Shown one piece after another: positions 50,683 to 58,686 of a DNA stretch of 58,686 nt. A program made the translations under genes and the position numbers. The notes below the pieces were generated by a model. The model ran no database searches. It was not told the origin of the DNA and saw only the letters and a list, made by a program, of their open reading frames with translations. The stretch comes from Minisyncoccia bacterium (GTDB lineage Bacteria > Patescibacteriota > Minisyncoccia > Phycocordibacterales > UBA9973), in the NCBI GenBank assembly GCA_965662335.1, contig CBFIGQ010000022.1:1-58686 (forward strand), written 5' to 3'. Each line of letters starts with the position of its first letter. Positions within the stretch are counted from its first letter, which is position 1.

Positions 50683-52879
50683 ATTTCTGCTTCTTTTGAA
50701 ATCCGCGAGGTTTCTTGGGGGTGTTGAGGAGCTCCATCGCTTGGTCAAAGGTAATAGTATAGGGATCAAGCGGCGCCTTGATAGAGCGAAAGTTTCGATC
50801 ATGGCCGACATACGGCCCAAAGCGTCCGATATTTGCAATCACATCAACCCCATCGTCTGGGTGCTGTCCAAGCGTGCGCGGAAGTGCAAGATAGTGAAGC
50901 GCCATTTCAAGAGTAACACTCGACGGATCGACATCTTTTGGAATACTTGCCATCTTGGGCTTTACCTGTTTTTTACCTTTCACCTTTGGTGGGAGTTCAC
51001 CAAGTTGCACATACGGACCAAACCGCCCAACTTTGGTGAAAATAGGAAGTTTTGTTTCTGGATCGATACCTATAGGTTCATCGGCTTTGATTTCAGTACC
51101 GTCGAGCATGAGCGCGCCATCACAGTCTGGGTAGCGATCACAGGAGAGAAATTTTCCTCCTCGGCCAAGCTTTACGAGCATAGTGCTTCCGCACACCGGG
51201 CATTTGAACTTTGGGTCTGCTTTTTCGAGAATTGTTGCCTTATCGAGTTTATCTTTTTCTTTTACTTCCTTTAGAAATGGCCCATAAAAATCTTTGAGTG
51301 TCTTTACATAGTCGCGCTCACCTGCAGCAATGTCATCAAGCTCATTTTCCATCTCTGCAGTAAAGGTGTCGCTAATGTACTCCATAAAGTTTTGTTCAAG
51401 GAATGTTGATACGACCTCTCCAGTATCAGTTGGCTTCAGTGATCGCCCTAGTTTTTCGATATAGCCACGCTCTTCGATGGTACGAATGATTGCGGCATAG
51501 GTGCTTGGTCTCCCGATACCGCGCGCTTCAAGCTCTTTGACGAGTCCGGCTTCACTATAGCGGTTTGGCGGCTCAGTTTGCTTTTCGATATCACTGAGCT
51601 CAACGAGTTTGAGTTTCTCTCCTTCTTGAACTGCCGGCAGCTCTACGTCTTCTCCGCGCGCTGACACATCCGCAAGAAGCCATCCCGGGAAAAGCACCTG
51701 GCTACCAGTAGTGGTAAAGTCGGGGATGCTGTCACTGGTGACATTTGCAACAATGCGAGTTTTGAGGAGTTTTGCATCAGCCATCTGGCTTGATACAGTT
51801 CGCTCCCAAATGAGTGCATAGAGTTTCTTTTGTTCTTCAGTGGTGCCTGCTGAGAGTTTCTCTACATGGGTTGGACGGATTGCCTCGTGCGCTTCTTGTG
51901 CATTTTTCGCTTTTGTTTTGTATGTCCGTACCTGGAGGTACTCCTTGCCGTATTTCTTTTCAACAATACCTGCAATCGAAGTTATTGCTTGGCTAGAGAG
52001 GGTAGTTGAGTCAGTACGCATATAGGAAATGTGTCCTGCTTCGTAGAGTTTTTGCGAAACCTGCATCGTACGTGATGGAGAAAAGCCAAGTCGAGACGAT
52101 GCTGCTTGCTGAAGCGTACTAGTGGTGAATGGTGCGCGTGGACTTCGTTTTTGTTCACTCTCCTTTATGTCTTTGATATGCCATTTCTCACTTCGCCCAA
52201 GCGCGAGGATACGGTCAACTTCTGCTCTATCGGTGGGTTCTTCGGTGCAAGTGAGAAGGAGCTTTTCATGTTTTTGTGTAGTAAATGTTCCGGTAAGTAC
52301 CCAGTACGTTTCGGGAATGAATGCTTTTATTTCTCGTTCACGCTCAACGAGGATGCGCAGCGCTGGGGACTGCACGCGTCCTGCTGAAAGTCCGTAGCGA
52401 ACTTTTTTCCAAATGATCCCTGAGAGGTCGTACCCAACGAGGCGGTCGAGTACGCGACGCGCTTCCTGCGCCTTGCGGAGGTTGGTATCAATAGCGCGCG
52501 GAGACTGTAGTGCTTCAGTCACTGCCTCTTTGGTGATTTCATTAAAGGTGACGCGCTGTATCGGAGCTTTTATTTTTTTGTCTTGTTTGAGGAGCTCTTC
52601 GATGTGCCATGATATTGCTTCTCCTTCGCGGTCCGGGTCAGTCGCGAGGATGATGGATGAAGCTTTTTCAGAAAGCGAGCGAAGCTCATCTACGACCTTT
52701 TCTTTTCCTTTACTTATCTCATAGTGAGGAACAAACCCGGCATCGATGTCGATTGCCTTTTTGTTTGATTTCGGGAGATCGCGCACATGTCCAACAGACG
52801 CCCGCACCGTGTATGCGCCGTCGAGGTACTTTTCGATTGTCTTTGCCTTTGAGGGCGATTCGACGATAAGTAATTTCAT
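50681..52879 (-). CDS. topA: DNA topoisomerase I
   Basis: LLIVESPSKAKTIEKYL TOPRIM start, the active-site region ISYMRTDS, and C-terminal Cys4 zinc ribbons. I chose the ATG at 52879. Confidence 0.95.
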   Translation of the reverse strand: MKLLIVESPSKAKTIEKYLDGAYTVRASVGHVRDLPKSNKKAIDIDAGFVPHYEISKGKEKVVDELRSLSEKASSIILATDPDREGEAISWHIEELLKQDKKIKAPIQRVTFNEITKEAVTEALQSPRAIDTNLRKAQEARRVLDRLVGYDLSGIIWKKVRYGLSAGRVQSPALRILVEREREIKAFIPETYWVLTGTFTTQKHEKLLLTCTEEPTDRAEVDRILALGRSEKWHIKDIKESEQKRSPRAPFTTSTLQQAASSRLGFSPSRTMQVSQKLYEAGHISYMRTDSTTLSSQAITSIAGIVEKKYGKEYLQVRTYKTKAKNAQEAHEAIRPTHVEKLSAGTTEEQKKLYALIWERTVSSQMADAKLLKTRIVANVTSDSIPDFTTTGSQVLFPGWLLADVSARGEDVELPAVQEGEKLKLVELSDIEKQTEPPNRYSEAGLVKELEARGIGRPSTYAAIIRTIEERGYIEKLGRSLKPTDTGEVVSTFLEQNFMEYISDTFTAEMENELDDIAAGERDYVKTLKDFYGPFLKEVKEKDKLDKATILEKADPKFKCPVCGSTMLVKLGRGGKFLSCDRYPDCDGALMLDGTEIKADEPIGIDPETKLPIFTKVGRFGPYVQLGELPPKVKGKKQVKPKMASIPKDVDPSSVTLEMALHYLALPRTLGQHPDDGVDVIANIGRFGPYVGHDRNFRSIKAPLDPYTITFDQAMELLNTPKKPRGFQKKQK

Positions 52880-52930
52880 AACAATAGGTGCAGTAGTACC
52901 ATGATATAGATGAATGCGCAAATCTCTGTG

Positions 52931-53800
52931 CTACAACATGCGTTCGATGAGGCCGAGCGTTTCTCGTATCACGCCCTTTATTTCAAGGGTAGAAAAAATA
53001 ATATTTGCTTGTGCGGGCGAGAGCGAAAGTTCTTCAATAAGTACGTCTTTGGTCTTGGGAGATGAAAGTGCCGCAAGTACGCGCTCTTCATCACTATTTA
53101 ATAGAAGGAATTCAGAAGTCTGAGAGAGGGGACGCTCTGTGAGACCGAGCTCAAGCAGTATGTCTTGGGCGCAGGTTATAGGTACGGCTCCGAGCCGCAA
53201 AAGCCAGTTGGTGCCCTTTGAGGTAGCGCTCGTGATAGGACCGGGAATAGCACCGACTATTTTATTGTACTCAGTGCCCAGACGCGCAGTGATGAGAGTT
53301 CCTGATGCTTCTTCTGCTTCTATAATAAGTACCATATCTGAGAGTCCGGCCTTTAGTCTATTGCGCTGGGGAAAGGTCCAGTGCGCGCCACGAGTATTAG
53401 CGGGGAATTCTGAAAGTAGTGCGCCGCCCCCATCGAGGATCTCCTGCGCCAGAGAGCGATGCTGAGCCGGATAGAGCACGTTCCAGTTAAGTCCGGATCC
53501 GGGGAATGCAATAGTAGGAATACCTGCATCGAGCGCTGCTCTGTGGGCGATAGAATCTATCCCTAGCGCAAGACCAGACACGATAGTGACGGGGTAGCCT
53601 GCGAGGTCTTTGATGAGCGACTCGCAGACATGTTTGCCATAGCTAGAGTATTTGCGGCTTCCAACAACCGTGATGAGTTTCGTACCCTCTATACGCTCAA
53701 GAGACCCACGCATAGAAAGCGAAGTAGGTGGCTCGGGTATATGAGCCAGGCTTGGGAATGCGTCCGTCGGGCGGATCGACCGTATCGGATACGCGTCCAT
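52931..53800 (-). CDS. dprA: DNA processing protein DprA (Smf)
   Basis: VVGSRKYSSYG, VSGLALGIDSIAHRAAL, and a Rossmann-like core. It lies upstream of topA, which is the conserved pairing. I chose the ATG at 53800. Confidence 0.88.
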   Translation of the reverse strand: MDAYPIRSIRPTDAFPSLAHIPEPPTSLSMRGSLERIEGTKLITVVGSRKYSSYGKHVCESLIKDLAGYPVTIVSGLALGIDSIAHRAALDAGIPTIAFPGSGLNWNVLYPAQHRSLAQEILDGGGALLSEFPANTRGAHWTFPQRNRLKAGLSDMVLIIEAEEASGTLITARLGTEYNKIVGAIPGPITSATSKGTNWLLRLGAVPITCAQDILLELGLTERPLSQTSEFLLLNSDEERVLAALSSPKTKDVLIEELSLSPAQANIIFSTLEIKGVIRETLGLIERML

Positions 53801-53833
53801 TGAAATATTGTACCATTTTGCTACTATGTGCCT

Positions 53834-55102
53834 ATGCTCGACATCAAATTCATTAAGGAAAATCCAGATCTTATCAAAGAAGCAGCTCGGAAAAAGCATA
53901 TTGATTTTGATGTATCACAACTCCTTGAACTCGAAGAAAAGCGCTCAAACGCGCAAAAGAATTTTGAAGCACTTCGAACAAAACAAAATGCACTCGGAGA
54001 AGAGATTCCAAAAACTGCAGACGCGAGTGCTCGAGCGTCTCTCATTGAGTCGCTAAAGCCTATCAAAGAAGAAGTACAAAAAGCAGAAGAAGAACTTCGC
54101 AGTATCATGAAGGACTGGCAAGCGCTCATGCTCAAAGTCCCAAACATTCCTGACATGTCAGTGCCGGAAGGAGAGGATGATACATCAAATAAAGAAATAA
54201 AAGTATGGGGAGAGAAACCGGCATTTTCATTTGTACCAAAGGATCATATACAGTTGCTCGAATCAAACAATATGGTTGATTTTGTAAAAGGAGCAGAAGT
54301 CGCCGGTTTTAGAGGATATTTTTTAAAGGGTGATGGTGCGCTGCTGCAGTTTGCGCTTGAGCAATTCGTGGTTGATTATTTCCGTAAACAGCTTCCTGAT
54401 TTTGAATTCATGATCGTACCAGCACTTGTGCGCAAAGAGACACTTTTGGGAACTGGGTATCTCCCAGGAGGAGAAGATGACTTGTATCGTACGCAAGATG
54501 AAGAGTATCTCTCTGGTACTGCAGAAGTTGCGACAATGAGTTATTTTGCAGACTCAGTTGTTTCTGTACTTGAGAAACCTATTCAAAAGCTCGCACTCTC
54601 GCAAGCATTTCGTCGTGAAGCAGGAAGTCATAGTAAAGATACAAAAGGTCTTTTTCGAGTACATGAATTTCGGAAGCTTGAACAGGTAGTACTTTGTGAG
54701 GCAAGTCACGAGACATCAGTACAACTTCATGAGGCCTTGCTTCAAAATGCAGAAGCGCTTCTTCAAGCGCTCGGACTTCATTACCATGTCGTAGTGAATT
54801 GTGGTGGAGACCTCGGACTAGGACAGGTTAAAAAATATGATATTGAAACATGGGTACCATCCCAAAATACATTTAGAGAGACACACTCATGCTCCTACTT
54901 TCATGACTTCCAAACGCGCCGCCTCAATATAAAGTACAAAGATGCTGAAGGAAAGCAGAGGTATGCGCATTCACTGAACAATACTGCGCTCGCGATGCCG
55001 CGCATACTGCAACATATCGTAGAAAACTACCAAGATGCAGATGGTCGAATCAGAGTACCTGAAGTGCTCAAACCCTATATTGGCAAAGACTATCTTGGTT
55101 AG
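53834..55102 (+). CDS. serS: Serine--tRNA ligase
   Basis: MLDIKFIKENPD start, an N-terminal coiled coil, and class II motifs FRREAGS and NNTALAMPR. Confidence 0.95.
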   Translation: MLDIKFIKENPDLIKEAARKKHIDFDVSQLLELEEKRSNAQKNFEALRTKQNALGEEIPKTADASARASLIESLKPIKEEVQKAEEELRSIMKDWQALMLKVPNIPDMSVPEGEDDTSNKEIKVWGEKPAFSFVPKDHIQLLESNNMVDFVKGAEVAGFRGYFLKGDGALLQFALEQFVVDYFRKQLPDFEFMIVPALVRKETLLGTGYLPGGEDDLYRTQDEEYLSGTAEVATMSYFADSVVSVLEKPIQKLALSQAFRREAGSHSKDTKGLFRVHEFRKLEQVVLCEASHETSVQLHEALLQNAEALLQALGLHYHVVVNCGGDLGLGQVKKYDIETWVPSQNTFRETHSCSYFHDFQTRRLNIKYKDAEGKQRYAHSLNNTALAMPRILQHIVENYQDADGRIRVPEVLKPYIGKDYLG

Positions 55103-55105
55103 TAT

Positions 55106-55927
55106 ATGTACGAGCGCTCGTACCATTCTAAAGTACTCAAACAGGATGAAGCTCCAACACAGCATTCTCCATTACCACTTCGGAAGATTATTATAGCTCT
55201 TGCAATACTCGTAGTCCTAACTGGTGCGGTGTTTCTGATTCGAGCACACGTACTCCAGCTTCGTGAGGTCACCGTAGAAGGCACCCATGTCGCAGCACCT
55301 GAAGACGTGTCTGAGTACGCACTCCAAACACGCGAGGGGTATTATCTATGGGTTCTCCCAAAGGCGTCTATTTTCCTTACTTCAACAAAAGTGCTTGAAA
55401 AAAAGATACAGGCAAACTTCCCACGGTTTAAACAGGTAGATGTCTCGCGCTCATCGCTCCACTCGCTCCTCGTGCGTGTACAAGAGTACCCAGGTGTATA
55501 TCTCTGGTGTGACGACGCATGTTCATTTATGGATGAGACAGGAGTTGTCTTTGCGGATGCGCCGTATTTCTCTGGTACAGCATATATAAAGGTGTACGGT
55601 GGTGAGCGCGCGCCGTATCCATTTTCACCACTTACGAGCGCAGAGCTTTCATTTGCCCAAGCACTTCTTTCCGGACTTGAAAGTACCGATATCAATCCGA
55701 GTGAAATTCACTTTGATAATGAACACAAGGTAAGCGTAGTATTTTTCCATCAAGGAGAGAGAGCTGAGTTATACTTCGATCCGGCAAATAGTGCAGACGA
55801 GGCAATAGATACGCTCTACACCGGACTTCGTACTGATCCGCTCATGAGTATGTACCGTAGTACTACGCATATCCTTCACTACATTGATCTGCGGTTTGCA
55901 AACAAGGTTGTATATAAATTTGATTAG
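55106..55927 (+). CDS. FtsQ/DivIB-like cell-division protein (TM helix plus POTRA)
   Basis: TM helix IIALAILVVLTGAVFLI, then LREVTVEGTHVAAPEDV, a POTRA-type start. Confidence 0.6.
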   Translation: MYERSYHSKVLKQDEAPTQHSPLPLRKIIIALAILVVLTGAVFLIRAHVLQLREVTVEGTHVAAPEDVSEYALQTREGYYLWVLPKASIFLTSTKVLEKKIQANFPRFKQVDVSRSSLHSLLVRVQEYPGVYLWCDDACSFMDETGVVFADAPYFSGTAYIKVYGGERAPYPFSPLTSAELSFAQALLSGLESTDINPSEIHFDNEHKVSVVFFHQGERAELYFDPANSADEAIDTLYTGLRTDPLMSMYRSTTHILHYIDLRFANKVVYKFD

Positions 55928-55932
55928 TACCT

Positions 55933-57009
55933 ATGGCAGCAAATTTTTGGCAAAACCTAAGACAGCAAAAACAGCCGTTCTTTTGTGTCGCACCAATGGC
56001 GGATGTTACCGATGCCGCATTTCGCAAGCTGATAAGTATCTATGGCAAACCTGATGTGATGTGGACTGAGTTTGTATCCGCAAATGGACTTATGAGTGGC
56101 GGTAGAGAGGTACTCCTGCGAGATTTAGAGTACTCCGAAGCCGAGCGCCCGATAGTCGCGCAGCTCTTTTCAAGCGATCCGAAACATATGGAAGGCGCTG
56201 CAAAGCTTGCGGCAGAGCTTGGGTTTGATGGAATAGATATCAATATGGGCTGTCCTGATAAAACCATAGAAAAGCAGGGAGCAGGTGCGGCAATGATCAA
56301 AACACCAGAGATAGCACGGGAGATCATACGCGCAGCAAAGCGCGGCATTGCTGCTGCAGGCAAAGATATTCCGGTGTCTGTCAAAACGCGCGTCGGGTAT
56401 AGCGACGTACAGATCAAAGAATGGATTCCAGTACTTCTTTCAGAAGACATTGCAGCGCTCTCAGTGCACGCGCGTACCCGCAAAGAGCTCTCAAAGGTGC
56501 CAGCAGTATGGGAGAGACTGCGTGAGGTCGTGGCGCTGCGCGACAAACTTGCGCCAGAGACGGTGATTATTGGTAACGGCGATGTGACCAGTCTTGCTGA
56601 TGGCAGAGCAAGGGCGGCGCTGTCAGGAGTGGACGGGGTCATGGTGGGACGAGCGCTTTTTGGCAATCCGTGGTTTTTTGATGAGAGTCGGGAGGTACTG
56701 GCAACGCTGCCGCGCAAGTCTCTCTTTCGAAATATTCCGATTCTTAAAAAGCTATTTGATACTCGGCGCGCCGCTCCAGTCTCAGCAGTGCGTCCAATCA
56801 CTCTACACGAACGTCTCACAGTGCTCGTTGAACACACCACGCTCTTTGAAGAACTGCTCGGCGATATCAAGAGCTTTGCCATTATGAAAAAGCATTACAA
56901 GGCATACTGTACAGGATTTAGCGGGGCGAAAGAACTCCGCATGGAGCTTATGGAAGCAAAAGGACTAAGGGAGGCAGAGATTGTGGTGAGAAATTTTTTA
57001 AATGACTAA
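55933..57009 (+). CDS. tRNA-dihydrouridine synthase
   Basis: CVAPMADVTDAAFR, DINMGCP, and SVHARTR motifs. Confidence 0.9.
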   Translation: MAANFWQNLRQQKQPFFCVAPMADVTDAAFRKLISIYGKPDVMWTEFVSANGLMSGGREVLLRDLEYSEAERPIVAQLFSSDPKHMEGAAKLAAELGFDGIDINMGCPDKTIEKQGAGAAMIKTPEIAREIIRAAKRGIAAAGKDIPVSVKTRVGYSDVQIKEWIPVLLSEDIAALSVHARTRKELSKVPAVWERLREVVALRDKLAPETVIIGNGDVTSLADGRARAALSGVDGVMVGRALFGNPWFFDESREVLATLPRKSLFRNIPILKKLFDTRRAAPVSAVRPITLHERLTVLVEHTTLFEELLGDIKSFAIMKKHYKAYCTGFSGAKELRMELMEAKGLREAEIVVRNFLND

Positions 57010-57048
57010 CCATTTACATAATCCTAACAATATGGTACAATAGAAACT

Positions 57049-58272
57049 GTGAAAGAATTTAAAATTCTCTACAATGGTTCTCTGGCGAACTTTAACTATA
57101 AGAAAATTAAACCCCAGGGTGGTCCAGCGCGTTTTGCCTGTGAATTCAGAAAGTTTTTTCTGCAGTATAAATATGTGAAAATTATTCCAGTTGTTTTCAA
57201 TATAAATCCAGACGTCTCGACAGTGAGAAACAGAGAAACCCGGGTGAATGGAAATATATTTTATGAAATAGTGCACAATCCGGAACCGGTTAAGATAGTT
57301 GCTACTGCTACCTCGACTTTAGCTGATGCAAAAAATAAACTAAAACATATATTTGAATCAGTAGAGGATATCATTTTGAATGAAAAGCCGAACGTAGTAT
57401 TCTTAAACGGATTTAGTTTATATAACTGGATATTACTGGAGGCTGCAAAATCACTCAACGTGCCTGTTGTCGTGCAGCATGCAGGACTTTGGAAAAAGGA
57501 GATCCAGCAGCATAGTGAGCGGTATTCCAGTAAAACAAGAAAATTATTTTATACAATGGAACGTGCTACAGTAAGTGCGAGTGTATTCCATATTTTTTTA
57601 AATAAATTTAGTATGGATGTTTTTAAAAATATCCATCATATTTCAGAGAGTGACCCATTTGAATACAGGGTCATCTCTTTGCCAATACCTGTGGTTGAAC
57701 CAGCTCGCAGAAGGGTATTTTCAAAAAAGAGGACACATATTGATATCGGTATGGTGGCACGCTGGGATAGTATTAAAAACCATAGTGCTACATATCGTCT
57801 TGCAACTGCTGAAAAATTTCCTAAGGATTGGAATGTGCATTCTGTTACAAAGATTCCTTCAATGGAATATGAATTTCCAAAAAAATATATTAAGCACATC
57901 AATGTCCATGCTCCTATGTCCCCATCAAGCCTGGTAATGTTCTATAAAGATATGGAAATTGTTATTGTACCTTCGCACTTTGATGTATCACCGACAGTAG
58001 TTGCTGAAGCTTTTCTTGCGGGCGTTCCTGTTATTATTTCAGATAAGGTTGGATGGATTAATGAGTTTGTTGCATGTGGTTTAGAGGATCATATTATCAG
58101 GACATCAATTTCGGGTAATTCATTTGTCAGAAAAATTGCGACTATACTTGAAAATCGGCAGGCGAATGAGAAGAAATACAGCATGTTTTTGAGCTATATT
58201 AAAAATAAACATTCTGCTAAAAAAATATTTAGGGAATACTTTGCACTATTTAAAATGATCGCTACAAAATAA
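57049..58272 (+). CDS. Glycosyltransferase (GT-B fold, group 1/GT4-like)
   Basis: GTG start; AT-rich. The C-terminal VPSHFDVSPTVVAEAFLAGVPVIISD resembles the E-x7-E region of GT4 enzymes. Confidence 0.65.
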   Translation: MKEFKILYNGSLANFNYKKIKPQGGPARFACEFRKFFLQYKYVKIIPVVFNINPDVSTVRNRETRVNGNIFYEIVHNPEPVKIVATATSTLADAKNKLKHIFESVEDIILNEKPNVVFLNGFSLYNWILLEAAKSLNVPVVVQHAGLWKKEIQQHSERYSSKTRKLFYTMERATVSASVFHIFLNKFSMDVFKNIHHISESDPFEYRVISLPIPVVEPARRRVFSKKRTHIDIGMVARWDSIKNHSATYRLATAEKFPKDWNVHSVTKIPSMEYEFPKKYIKHINVHAPMSPSSLVMFYKDMEIVIVPSHFDVSPTVVAEAFLAGVPVIISDKVGWINEFVACGLEDHIIRTSISGNSFVRKIATILENRQANEKKYSMFLSYIKNKHSAKKIFREYFALFKMIATK

Positions 58273-58297
58273 ATAGTTTTCTGCTACAATACACCCC

Positions 58298-58686
58298 ATG
58301 CAGGACCAGGTACTCTATCGAAAATATCGTCCAGTAGACTGGAAGGGGGTTGTCGGGCAGGAGCATATTGTCTCCGTCCTTGAGTCGTCCATCAATAACG
58401 AAAATTTCTCACACGCGTACCTTTTCACAGGCTCCCGCGGTACTGGCAAGACATCGGTAGCGCGTATCTTTGCAAAAGCACTCGGTGTAAACCAGGAGGA
58501 TATTATTGAAATAGACGCAGCAAGCAACCGTTCTATAGATGACATACGAGAGCTGCGCCAGGCGGTGCGCGTGCTTCCATTCTCGTCACGATTTAAGGTG
58601 TATATCATCGATGAGGTGCACATGCTTTCAAAGGATGCGTTTAACGCACTCCTCAAGACTCTCGAAGAGCCACCAGCGCATGTGAT
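58298..58686 (+). CDS. dnaX: DNA polymerase III subunit gamma/tau, N-terminal part (runs off the window)
   Basis: Not in the ORF track because the ORF is open at the window edge. [31 protein letters not shown], and LLKTLEEPP. Confidence 0.9.
   Translation, partial: MQDQVLYRKYRPVDWKGVVGQEHIVSVLESSINNENFSHAYLFTGSRGTGKTSVARIFAKALGVNQEDIIEIDAASNRSIDDIRELRQAVRVLPFSSRFKVYIIDEVHMLSKDAFNALLKTLEEPPAHV

Noticed and set aside
1-58686. Alternative genetic code (UGA recoding, as in some candidate phyla).
   Set aside because: Long housekeeping ORFs are uninterrupted under the standard code, and TGA terminates several well-delimited genes at the expected protein lengths.

Overview
This 58.7-kb chromosomal window is dense with housekeeping genes. 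I call about 60 CDS and 9 tRNAs: Asn, Lys, Leu-TAG, Leu-TAA, Cys, Tyr, Trp, Leu-CAG and Leu-CAA. I found no rRNA, CRISPR array, transposase, integrase or reverse transcriptase. The organism is probably a reduced-genome Patescibacteria/CPR-type bacterium. That is inference from shortened core proteins (IF-2 490 aa, Fmt 270 aa, GluRS 434 aa, YchF 329 aa), start codons that mostly lack Shine-Dalgarno motifs, near-consensus TTGACA-17-TATAGT promoters, tandem VirB2/TrbC-like pilin genes, lamin-tail-domain and DUF5667-like proteins, and the standard genetic code. All calls come from reading motifs by eye; no homology search was possible. Core genes recognised include pyk, hpf, fmt, def, hisS, lepB, pth, rpsA, gyrA, infB, rbfA, a cysteine desulfurase, clpB, rlmB, gltX, a Pif1/RecD-like helicase, an ECF sigma/anti-sigma pair, ndh, a family-4 UDG, ychF, an rpoD-like sigma, rpmG, miaA, parB, a RelA/SpoT homologue, topA, dprA, serS, ftsQ-like, dus and partial dnaX. 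Six regions deserve a second look. (1) A tightly packed operon at 13.3-18.7 kb runs methyltransferase, orphan solute-binding protein, then five tandem paralogues sharing a C-terminal VirB2/TrbC-like pilin module with unrelated N-terminal ectodomains. (2) At 33.2-37.4 kb a translationally coupled unknown 238-aa protein, a VirD4/TraD-like coupling ATPase and a lamin-tail/PKD surface protein sit beside the helicase. (3) Three ~110-nt repeats at 0-1.5 kb copy the 3' end and terminator flank of tRNA-Asn and delimit ~650-bp one-gene modules. (4) A ~285-nt ORF-poor unit bounded by a promoter and a terminator lies just upstream of an orphan parB. (5) A 33-bp-arm inverted repeat follows gyrA. (6) A GC-rich block lies between tRNA-Asn and pyk, and I cannot tell whether it is RNA or a small protein gene.
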